From the NCBI GenBank assembly GCA_000320545.1, contig ADNK01001322.1, forward strand, positions 1 through 64,000: a stretch of DNA of 64,000 nucleotides. The letters run 5' to 3'. This DNA is from Bigelowiella natans CCMP2755. Lineage: Eukaryota; Protista; Cercozoa. Positions 54,355 to 64,000 of this stretch are shown piece by piece. Each line of letters begins with the position of its first letter. Within the stretch, counting starts at the first letter, position 1. The translations under genes were made by a program, and so were the position numbers. The notes under the pieces were generated by a model. That model was not told the DNA's origin, ran no database searches, and saw only the letters and a list, made by a program, of their open reading frames with translations.

Positions 54355-56350
54355 AAAAATGTCATGGATCCAACAAAACCATGTGCAATTTCGTGACAAA
54401 CTGGTTCAACTGACTGCGTGTCGCTGCCTGAAACCAAGTCGGTCAAAAGCCGTCTGGGGTCTGGATGCTCGCTTGTTGGAATGTTGAACCAGCTTCTCCT
54501 GCCTGTTCTTCATTCTTTGATGCTCCTGAATCCTTCAAAACTGAAGTTTTGCTGGGTGCTCCTTCGGTTGATCCAAACATGGATCGTCGTGTGGATGTTG
54601 CGTTCAGGAAGTTCCTGCTCAGAGTGGATGACTTGCGCCATCGCCACGTTGCTGCCAGTGCAACAGCACACAGCTAGATCATTTCAATTTGAAAAACCTG
54701 CTAGTTCACTAGTCATTGTCCTCACTGAAGCTAGTTCGAGGCACTGCGTTTCGCACTCTGCAAGTGTCTTGCAACACTTTGGAAATGCAGTTCATCATCG
54801 CATCGTTCATTGTTCATTGTTCATTGAAATGAACGCGAATCTTTGTTGTTTTCAGCTCGAGGCACTGCATCTCACTTTGCAAGTTTCACGCAACACTTTG
54901 GAGATGCAGTCACTCAACATTTTTTCTTTCTTTCTTGATTCTGAAATGAACCTTCAATGTTGGTCCCGTGCGTGTCGCACCCTGGTTGTTGGAACAGCAG
55001 GAACGCGACACGCAAGCTGATTGGTGTTGTCCTTGCGTGAGCAGTGTCTCTTGTAGGTCGTCTGTCTCCATGCTCGTGGCCGGCGGATGTGAAACAAATC
55101 TTTGATGTTTCTTTGGTTGCTCTTGTCAGGAGAGGACGTGCACTCAAAGCTTTCCAGCTTTTCCCGTCAATGCATCAAGCAGCCATGCTTGTGCGTGCTG
55201 GCATGCCACGCGCAACAAACCTTCCGCATCACGGAGGAAACCGGTCATCGACCGGCTTCTGAAGTGATCAAAGGCTCTCTGCACTTGAACACAGAACGAA
55301 CAAAGAGTGAAGTCATTCCAACTTTGCACGGTGGTGGACGTGACAGGTCCAGAGTCCAGAGGTCGTTGGGCACAGACGCACCAACAACTCCTTGAGCAAC
55401 CCTTGTTGTTGGCTTCAGTGAGGCACCAACACCTTCTTTGAAATGGCGCCAAGAACGTTGAGGCCACGATGACACCTGATGAGAAGTGAGAGAAACGTTC
55501 TCATTGGAGTTTCGTGGCGGTCCAGCGGTGGCGCTCACGAACTTGACGTCTGTCACGCCCTGCCAGTTCAGCCTGGCGACAAAGTCACACAATGAAACAA
55601 TGAAACAATGCCGAAACAATGACGACAAACCACACTTCCAAAACGTTGCAAGACGTTTGCAGTGTGCGAAACGCAGTGCCTCGAACCAACTTTGGTGAGG
55701 CGGTCCAACTGGTGAAACCAAAGCGAATCAAGCGAATGGCACTTCAGCCAAAACGAGGAGCTCAAAGATCTCACTTGAAATCCTCGAAGCTGAGAGAACT
55801 TCACAGCGCTCTTGTCGAAAGCTCACGACACGAATGCTGGAATGACTGATGGTTGTGTCACAGTTGCGTGACTTGTTCGTGTTTCGTGTTCACTTCGCGA
55901 CACTCTGATGAACGATTGGATGAGTGTCAGCGAAAGAAGCAATTCATTGGCGGTTGAATGAATCATGGGGTCTTTGATTCATCCATCCTCTCCTCAATCA
56001 ACTGTTGTGCAAAGAAAAGTTGAAGAATCAACGAAAAGAAACAAAGCAAAGAAACGTGACGCAAGAAAGGTTTCAATTGGGGTTGAAGTGTGAGGGTTCT
56101 GAGTCACAATGAAACAATGAAACAATGAAACAACGATGAAAAACTGCATTTCCAAAGTGTAGCAAGACACTTGCAGTGTCACTGTTGGCAAGATGAGTCA
56201 AGTCACACTTGCACCAATGTCCTGCATTTGTCCAGAAACTTTCATTCCCAACTGGTCCTTCCTTCAGCATCTGAATGACCACAGAATCTGCTTGTTTGTC
56301 CAGCCAGCTGCGCTGTGATGCACTTCGGGTTGTTCGATTGGAATGGGATC
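54355..56350. other. TpA-erased island 3, containing degenerate direct and inverted repeats
   Basis: Manual count: 4 CTAG and 2 GTAG in about 2 kb. Confidence 0.9.
54705..56179. repeat. Degenerate dispersed repeat, core GTCTTGCAACRYTTTGGAARTGCAG; copies 54705-54826(+), 54856-54910(+), 55589-55717(-), 56103-56179(-), plus 62968-63010(+)
   Basis: Direct visual alignment of the five copies. Confidence 0.8.
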
Positions 56351-56477
56351 GATATTGAACCTGCGACAAACCCAAATGATTGTCGCATAGCGCGTGCGCA
56401 CAATCGTCACACTATCCCACGTGCCACTCTCCAATTGCCACTCTCAATCACCCTCTTTGTCTTTCTGTGCAGGGAAC

Positions 56478-57623
56478 ATGTTCCGTGATATTTTACTTCA
56501 AGTTGTGGTGGTTATGCTGGCTGCTGGATGGTATTTTGTCAAGAATCCTCCAGTAATCGTCATTGAAAAAGGCATCGAATTATTCGAGAGCGGCCAGCTC
56601 CCTGACACTCTAGCTCGAATCGGCATTCGCGGAATGCTTTCAGCGCGTATTAAGGAGAACACATATTCCAACAACACAGCTGCTCAAGACGCACAGTTGA
56701 GGTTCATAGAGGAGCTGAGAAACAGCCCCATTGCTATCGAGACGAAAGCTGCAAATGAGCAACACTACGAAGTGGACTCAAGGTTCTACCCCCTTGTTCT
56801 TGGACCCAATCTGAAATATAGCAGCGCTCTTTATGAGCCAGGAACTCCCGTGAGCTTGGCAGCCGAAAAACTAGGAGATGCAGAGACTCGCATGTTTGAC
56901 CTTTATGGCGAGCGAGCACAGTTTAAAGATGGAATGCGTGTCCTGGAGCTTGGTTGTGGCTGGGGGTCGCTTACCCTTTATAATGCGAAGAAGTACCCAA
57001 AATCGACGTTTGTCGGTGTAAGCTACTCTAATTCGCAGAGGGAATACATCATGGCCAAGGCGCAGAAGTTGGGGCTCAGTAACGTGAAAATTCTCACCTC
57101 CGACATGAATACATTCCAGCTTCCTAACGGTATGCCGGAATTTGATAGAGTTATCTCAATCGAGATGTTCGAACATATGAAGAATTACGGGAAACTCCTC
57201 GCCAAGGTAGCCAGCTTTCTAAAGCCGGGTGGGATGCTCTTCGTCCATACGTTCAACCACAAGAGCTTCTCCTACCATTTTGAAGTGCAAGGACCCGACG
57301 ACTGGATGTCAAAGTATTTCTTCACAGGGGGTACAATGGCATCAGCACACACCCTCCACTACTTCCAAGAGGACCTCAACTTAAAGTCTCACTGGCACGT
57401 CAACGGTATGAACTACGCGCTCACGTCCGAAGCATGGCTCCAAAACACCGACAGGAATAAGGAGCAGGTGTTAGCACTGTTTGAGGAGTACTATGGAAAG
57501 GGGCAATCACAGCTCTGGCTTGCAAGATGGAGGGCTTTTTGGATGGCCTGTGCAGAGTTATTTGCATGGGATAATGGCAACGAGTGGTTCGTGGGCTTGT
57601 ACCTGTTTGAGAAGCCCCAATAA
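56478..57623 (+). CDS. Intronless SAM-dependent methyltransferase, CMAS / coclaurine N-methyltransferase-like family
   Basis: ANEQHYE, LGPNLKYSS, VLELGCGWGSL, FDRVISIEMFEHMKNY, WMSKYFFTGG and ACAELF; N-terminal hydrophobic anchor. Confidence 0.92.
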   Translation: MFRDILLQVVVVMLAAGWYFVKNPPVIVIEKGIELFESGQLPDTLARIGIRGMLSARIKENTYSNNTAAQDAQLRFIEELRNSPIAIETKAANEQHYEVDSRFYPLVLGPNLKYSSALYEPGTPVSLAAEKLGDAETRMFDLYGERAQFKDGMRVLELGCGWGSLTLYNAKKYPKSTFVGVSYSNSQREYIMAKAQKLGLSNVKILTSDMNTFQLPNGMPEFDRVISIEMFEHMKNYGKLLAKVASFLKPGGMLFVHTFNHKSFSYHFEVQGPDDWMSKYFFTGGTMASAHTLHYFQEDLNLKSHWHVNGMNYALTSEAWLQNTDRNKEQVLALFEEYYGKGQSQLWLARWRAFWMACAELFAWDNGNEWFVGLYLFEKPQ

Positions 57624-58268
57624 GACCATAGTAGCAAGCAGGGACAACAACGAGTATTCGTGAGAAAGAATATGTAATAAAGAAAGATTCTTCGAGTATA
57701 CAAGTACACATAGTCTTAATTAATTCAAGGTTGTATACCCAAATTTGATGTGAAAATATATACGAAAGATGATTTTGGTGCAACAGGAGTCTCAGGCTTT
57801 GATAAGAATTCTGTGCAAAACTGTTGTTGGATCATTTAATTTTTTTTGTACTTTTGAGCATTAAAATATCAAGCATATCAGATTGTGAGTAGTGCAGCAT
57901 CGCATCGGTTGGACGCGCGCTCTGAGCAAGGCAAGCGCAACATCGATCAAGCACATATATAATCAATTCACGGGAAGATTGCTTATTATATATATGTGGT
58001 CTACTATAACTATGGACACACACATGCTAACATGGACTAAATTGTGTACATGTTTCAAATGTGTTATAAATGCATGTACGCTACTAGTACGTACATAGGA
58101 ACACACGCTAGCATGTCTCTACATACAGTGTCATGAACGCATGCATCCATGTACAAATGTACGCATACACTGGGCGCTTAGCTACACACGACTACATGCG
58201 CGCTCAACAACGTGAGCTACGTACACAGTGCGCACAAACAATAACTCTAATGAACATGAAGTATTTAA

Positions 58269-59816
58269 TTAACCAGGAGTGCATCCATTCGTCGTAATCG
58301 TAATCAATTCATCCAGTGCTTTTACTGCTCGCTGAAAAGCCCTTATATTCGCCTGAGTATGATTCGTGTCTGTATTCGTGTCAGGCACGAACGACCTGTT
58401 CCAACCAGCAGAAATGAGATCCGATCCATATATCATCCGTACTGTTGGCGTTCGCTTCCACGTACATCCTTCACTTCCGAGTAACGCATCCTCATCACAT
58501 GCAGTCGATGCAGGAAAGTGATAATTAAAACCAGATGGGATTGAGACACATTCTGGAGGATCACAAGGTCCAAGCTCCACGCCAACATAGGGGAGGTAGA
58601 CGGGGGACCTTCCTATATGTGTCACTGAATCGGAAGAGGAAGAAGGAATTGGCGAAGATGTATCAGGGCAGTTGCACACTGTCTCATTAACCCACGGTAT
58701 AGTTTGATTACTCGGGCAGTCTCTAGCAAGTTCAGCTGATGTCTGATGAGAGAGCATTCTATCGTCTTTGACTTGGCAAATACACTTAGGCTCCCGTGCA
58801 GTGCTACCGTACTGAGAGGTCTCATCAGAGTTACACGAAAGATAGAATGAAAATCCGTCGGATTCTCCTGCTCCCCCTCTTCCTGCCTTTTGTGGTGATG
58901 TTTTTTTACTTGGGTAGTACTCAATGCAAAACTCTTGAATTACACCTTCCTCCGGTGATGACTCTGGCCAACCAACGCCACAGTGCCAGTGGACACCAAA
59001 TGACCCTTCTCCCTCGGTGGTATCCCCATCCGAGAAGCCACCGCAAACCGATTCCACCTCGGCCCGATTTGCGTCTGCACAGCTCATACATTCAAAGCCT
59101 TTCCCCCTCTGATCTGGACAGAGGCGGGACATGGCTGCCTGGCATGCATTCCAATTTGGCGTGAGATTAGTTGCCGACCATGGAGCACAATCTCCAGAGT
59201 TATCACATGTCATCAAGTAAAGTGGCATCGCTAGTCTGTCTGCTGCGTTGTGGTTTCGAAGGAAATCGGGCTTGAACGAATACTCAGAAATGCGGTACGC
59301 GCGGAGAAAGCGCGAATCCTTGGACGCAATCTTAGAGTTTCTATCTTGATAAGAGATAGATTGGATTTCTGGTGCTGCTGTAGTACAGTCCACCGCCCGC
59401 GACGACGGCAACCACGACGGTCCCCAGGTAATAGGAGGGCCTTCACTTGGATGGGATCGGATAGATAAACGGTACATTGTCTCAGGAGACAGTCCGTTAA
59501 TTTCAACAGGAAAGTTTCGCGTAGTGACCACAGCGAATGGACGGCTACCATTCTTTGGTGCTCGAAGCTCAACATAGTGCAGATCAGCGTCTATCGGAGC
59601 AGAATCGAAGGAAAGGGTAAGCGAAGAGCTTGAGATATTCAAGCAGTTTGGTGAAGAATTCTCCCATGTTATTGCTGAGGCAACTACAAATGAGCTCAGG
59701 ATCCACATGTGCTCGAATGTAGTGCGTTGTGAGTATCTATCCACACCTGTAACGAGCTCGCCCCCCCCCATCATCATCATCAACACCGTCATTAACACCA
59801 TCACTATTGTTGTCAT
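58269..59816 (-). CDS. Intronless secreted protein: FN3-like domain plus Cys-rich domain of unknown function
   Basis: 515-codon ORF. FN3-like segment LTLSF...VEINGLSPETMYRLSIRS, many Cys and N-glycosylation sequons. True start may be MWILSSFVVASA near 59708. Confidence 0.75.
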   Translation of the reverse strand: MTTIVMVLMTVLMMMMGGGELVTGVDRYSQRTTFEHMWILSSFVVASAITWENSSPNCLNISSSSLTLSFDSAPIDADLHYVELRAPKNGSRPFAVVTTRNFPVEINGLSPETMYRLSIRSHPSEGPPITWGPSWLPSSRAVDCTTAAPEIQSISYQDRNSKIASKDSRFLRAYRISEYSFKPDFLRNHNAADRLAMPLYLMTCDNSGDCAPWSATNLTPNWNACQAAMSRLCPDQRGKGFECMSCADANRAEVESVCGGFSDGDTTEGEGSFGVHWHCGVGWPESSPEEGVIQEFCIEYYPSKKTSPQKAGRGGAGESDGFSFYLSCNSDETSQYGSTAREPKCICQVKDDRMLSHQTSAELARDCPSNQTIPWVNETVCNCPDTSSPIPSSSSDSVTHIGRSPVYLPYVGVELGPCDPPECVSIPSGFNYHFPASTACDEDALLGSEGCTWKRTPTVRMIYGSDLISAGWNRSFVPDTNTDTNHTQANIRAFQRAVKALDELITITTNGCTPG

Positions 59817-60060
59817 TTATGTACTGTCCAACACGCGTATTCGAGGTTGTCGCAAGGATGAAAATCCATCAGTTAGTTTACCATGTAGCTTAGTTGCGTT
59901 TTATGCATCATCATTCTGGAGTAGAAGTTGGAGCTGGAGGATGCTGTTGTAGGATGCGTTACACTCTTACGATAAAATAGGCACAAGTTCTTATCAGACG
60001 TTATGTTTGAATTTGTTGGTAAGTGGGTGTTGTCTCATGACGGATATTGCGAAATTTTTT

Positions 60061-60117
60061 ACAACAACAATTACAACAACAATTACAACAACAATTACAA
60101 CAACAATTACAACAACA
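60061..60117 (+). repeat. (ACAACAACAATT)n minisatellite upstream of the PPR start
   Basis: About 4.7 perfect 12-bp units. Confidence 0.9.
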
Positions 60118-60171
60118 GAAGAGGGGGGAGGGAATAAGAAACTTGCAATACACAGCTTGCCTTCTATTCAG

Positions 60172-61959
60172 ATGCAAAGGATTCTAAGCTCCGTGGTTGC
60201 CAGAGCAGGAGCGAAAAGAACAAAAATTCCATACCAGGGCGTCGCCACACCACCCTTCACCGACCACGGTGGCATGAGGTTCGAATTTTACAAGTTATCT
60301 CACACAACGTTAAAAGTAAGCGTTGTGAACGCAACTAGTTGTCTTGTTCGCCGGCTCAATTCTCAAGTTGACACGGACTCTAAGACAAAATACGACGAAT
60401 ATCTCCTCAAATCAGCTCAGACTATTGGGCAGGCGAGAAAGCTTAAAAGGCAACTCGTGTCGCTCTACAAAGACAACAAACAGAGGAATAGATTTGATCA
60501 CATCTTTCTGACGGTCTGTGCTCGCCAGGGAGGTCTGACTGCCGCCGAGAAACAAATTAATGGGATGAGAAATGTTGGTGAAACGATCACCGCCACCACA
60601 TATGGCCTTCTCTTCATGGCAGCCGAGAAATTTGTGCAGAATGAGACAAAGGAGGCCCCCAAAGCAATTTCAGTTTTACAAGAAGCATTTAAATACATGA
60701 GTGGTGCTGATATTATCCCTACAACGAAACATTTCAACCTATTCTTGAGTTGCATTCAGCACGACGATCGGGCCGACGAACTCGCTCAGAATGTGCTTGT
60801 ACAGATGGAGAATCTAGACGTCCAACCAGACCGCGAAACGTTCTTAAAGCTCCTTATTTGCTGTTCGATTAGTTGCCAAAAGGCCAAGAAAAAAGCGAAA
60901 ATCCTGAATAGAGCAAAAGATTATTTCAAAATGATGGTGGAGGATTACCAATATAGTCCCTCAACCACACACTACCGTAATAGTGACATTAACATACCAT
61001 CTGCCCCACTTGTTCAATGAAATACCGTGCTGGCCTGTGTTTCATTTTTAATATACACATGTAATTACTAGAGATGTAGAAACTAAGTAGTACTTATATT
61101 GACATCGATAGTTACTTAGAAACTGACAATATGATTTCATGTTTGTTATTAAGGAGCGCTAAAGAATGTTGGCTCAAGTGCAAGAAGGATTGATGAAGTT
61201 ACTGAATATCTACAAGAACGAGGACTCCTCAAGGACGATGGACATATAGAAGATATGTTTCGCCTCGAATCACATCTTCAGCGAATTCGGCGTACTAGTC
61301 GGCCCCCCCGTTCGCGCCATCCTAACCCGAGAGACATGGAAGCAGTGAAAGATCTACTTAAGAAGTTGCCCCGGCACCTAATAGAGGATAGAGATTTAGC
61401 TGATTTAGTTAGAATTACAGCAGATATGGACCAGCCTATGGAGGCGGAAAGTTTCTTGAATAAGATGAGACAACCTAAGTTCGCCGTGTGCAAGCTCGTA
61501 TTAGGTGCTTGGCATAACAGTGATGATTTCGGACAGTGTGAGAGGTTCTTCGAATCGTTAATAGAATCCAGGTTCCACGAGATGTTGGGTGTGGAGTACT
61601 ACCTCATGATGATCCATAATATGCCTAAATGGAGAGATGGCACCATGTTTGCTGCTGAGAAATATTTTGACTTAATGGAAAAAAGTTTTGGTTCACCAAA
61701 ACTAAGCTGGTTCCATGCCATCTTTCGGGCTTGTAGCCACTTCCAAGATGTGAATAGGATGAAGTATTGGTGTGAGCGTCTGACGTATCATAAAAATCTG
61801 ACCCCAAATAGTACAACCTTGCAACTATTGAATTGGTCCGAAGACTTAAAGCCTTACACGGAGAGAATAAATAGCATTGTCAATCGGAAGCAAGGCACTC
61901 CTGAAAGGTTAAAAGGACTTTCAGATGACAATGGAGCCCCATTGACCTGTGGCAAATAG
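60172..61959 (+). CDS. Pentatricopeptide repeat (PPR)-like protein, probably mitochondrial
   Basis: Presequence MQRILSSVVARAGAKR; PPR-like motifs IIPTTKHFNLFLSC, VQPDRETFLKLLICC, PKLSWFHAIFRAC and LTPNSTTLQLL; intron about 60977-61153. Confidence 0.75.
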
Positions 61960-62209
61960 TGCATAACCATCACAGGATGTGAATGAGAAATTGAATAATA
62001 AAAGATAACGAGGATGAGACGAAAGCTAGATCGACCGACACTTTGGCATGGAGCACGCAAAGGCGTGGAGTTTCAAGCCAGGATGGGGATTCAGCGACGA
62101 TGTGCATCGTGATTGTTAAATGCATTCGTTGCTTCATTTTCCATGAGAAAATCATCGCTTAGCAACATCAAAACAACGAGCAATGAGTAACTAACAATGC
62201 GCATAGCTG

Positions 62210-63490
62210 TCGCCAAACATCAACGTGGGCATGCGTGCAACTAGTTGATTGCCACTGCGATTGAACGTCGTTTCACTGATGGACACAGTGTCAGATTCAC
62301 ACCAAGCACACATCGCATCGCAGGCGCTACAGTCCATGTTGGACACACGGCATCCCATCAGATCTAGAGATGCATGCACCACCCACATCATGCGACATCT
62401 CTAGACCTCATACTAGCATGTTGTAGTCTGTTGGTGCAATGAATCACTGAGTGCGTGCTTTGCGCAGGACAAAATGAATGTTTGCATCGACAGTGGAATG
62501 ATCGGTGCGATTGAACCTTGTTTCGACACGGAACGCACTCTCTCTCTGCACCACGCTAGCACGCCACAGTGGCCAGTCTAGCAGTGGTTCATGCCAGCAA
62601 GCTGATGTGTGTCACTCCGCGGCACCTCGCTCGCTAACTCAGCCTGTTTCGACTTCGATCGTGGTCATTGTGCTTTCTGCATTGCTCACTGCTTTGTCTC
62701 ATGCATCTGATCAGGAGCAGCCTTCTCGTCAGCACAGAGTGGATGACTTGGTTCTAAAACGCACCAGCGCACACGTTTGAATCGGACGCGGCAGTGCATT
62801 TTTTTCCTGAACCACCCACTTCTCGTGTCTGTCGGGATCATCAGCCATCACTTTGATCGTTTTGCAAGGCGAAGCTGGCACTGCAGCGCCACTTGGTGGG
62901 TCATCACTCATCACCTTGGGCTGGTGGGGACAAGCGTGCAGAGAAGTTCTGTTCGACTTCATTTTTGAACGTCTTGCAACGTTTTGGAAGTGCAGTTCTT
63001 CATCGCGTTTGCTTTGGTTGTTCAGGCTAGCAAGGCACTGATGAACGGCAATGGCGTGCACCAACCGCACCAAACGTCACAACGGTGTGTCAGACACGCA
63101 CACTGCTCCGTCCACTTGCTGTGCACCGTCCGTTCCATGCACAGTCTGTTCACAAGCTCCTAGTTGCGCTGAAGCAAGATGTCGGGAAAACCCCTCTGCA
63201 CCACGTGGCAGGTGGGTCGCAGGTTTCACTTCAATCACTGCGTCGATCGTTCAGAGTCTCTCTGTCTCTCTGTTGCCCCACCCCCCCCCCCCCCCCCCCA
63301 TCTTTTCAGACGCACGTGGCACAGGCACACGGGTCTTCCGAGTTGAAGACGCGTTCGCTGTCCAACAAAGCGTGTCTAGCCAAACTTGCTGTGCTCTGGT
63401 GGTGGGCGCACTCATTTCGTGTCGTCAACCTGTTCGACCCTGGAGCATCGTCGAGGAATCTGCCGGGTTGCAGAGCGGAGTTTTTGCACG
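62210..63490. other. TpA-erased island 4
   Basis: Manual count: 9 CTAG and 5 other TA in about 1.3 kb. Confidence 0.9.
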
Positions 63491-63679
63491 TTTAGCATGT
63501 TCGTTAGTTGGTCAAGGAACAGTCGAATGCTTGACTGACCAGCTACAACTACTTTCACAAAGTGCAAATTTAGTTTAGATATGCACGGATATTTTCAATC
63601 TCAGAATCAACGGAAAAGATCTAAAAATAATTGCCAGGATATCCACAACCGAGTGCCACCCTGGACCTCTCCCGTGGCG

Positions 63680-64000
63680 ATGAGGTATCAACCACCCCCT
63701 CTTCCTCCTCCCAATTTCCTTTAACGCATCGGTGCATCTATCAGACGACACAGAAATTATGTAAGACGCACAAAGAAGGGAAGCGTCCTAAAGGTCCATT
63801 GTATACTCAAACTGGTGAAGAAGATCTGAATGGTTTGTTCTTGTTCAACGTGACACCCCGCAGGTGGTTGCAGAGCACTATCTACGCACCGACATATGGT
63901 GTGGCTCGGCCCTGTGCACGGTATCGAAAAAATCTTTATTTCCCCTTTACCAACCCCCATCATATTCTGGATGATAATTGGTCCTTGTGTTCTTGCAGGA
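63680..64000 (+). CDS. DIS3: DIS3/RRP44 exosome ribonuclease, 5' exons (runs off the window end)
   Basis: Spliced M R|RHRNYVRRTKKGSVLK|VVAEHYLRTDIWCGSALCT matches the conserved DIS3 N-terminus (xTxxGxVxKxVxEHYLRxDIxCG). Not in the ORF track. Confidence 0.85.

Noticed and set aside
54418-55721. 200-aa and 158-aa ORFs in island 3
   Set aside because: Same stop-depletion artefact; they read through degenerate repeats.
54705-56179. CRISPR array or intact transposon
   Set aside because: Copies are degenerate, irregularly spaced and in both orientations. No cas, transposase or RT motifs and no clear target-site duplication.
56394-56477. GTG-started N-terminal extension of the methyltransferase
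   Set aside because: Eukaryotic gene; the region looks like a polypyrimidine tract and acceptor, so ATG 56478 is the likelier start.
63051-63578. 175-aa and 136-aa ORFs in island 4
   Set aside because: Same artefact. Only a short GKTPLH fragment is suggestive and is reported as a relic.
63757-63963. Minus-strand 68-aa ORF as the last gene
   Set aside because: Antisense to spliced + strand DIS3 exons with strong motif support.

Overview
Gene-dense, intron-rich nuclear DNA of a eukaryotic microbe. The GT-AG introns are often filled with microsatellites; the style suggests a chlorarachniophyte such as Bigelowiella, but that is inference. About 19 protein-coding genes can be assembled by hand: OMA1-like (-), vWA (+), Kelch (-), AAA+ ATPase (-), PH-domain (+), STE-like kinase (-), Rab5 (+), Sec61a (-), MYG1 (+), FOXRED1-like (-), hypothetical (+), Skp1 (-), hypothetical (+), saposin-purple acid phosphatase fusion (+), membrane aspartic protease (-), CMAS/CNMT-like methyltransferase (+), secreted FN3/Cys-rich protein (-), PPR (+) and the 5' end of DIS3 (+). 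I saw no tRNA, rRNA, CRISPR array or intact transposon. The most striking signal is non-coding. Four sharply bounded 0.9-2 kb islands have almost no TpA dinucleotides except in CTAG. Repeat copies inside them differ by reciprocal CA/TG and AC/GT pairs, which points to a targeted A:T->G:C hypermutation process, the mirror image of fungal RIP. Genes alternate strand almost perfectly. Every convergent junction carries a palindrome-rich, purine/pyrimidine-alternating tract, and every break in the alternation coincides with a TpA-erased island. All gene models and counts are manual and approximate.
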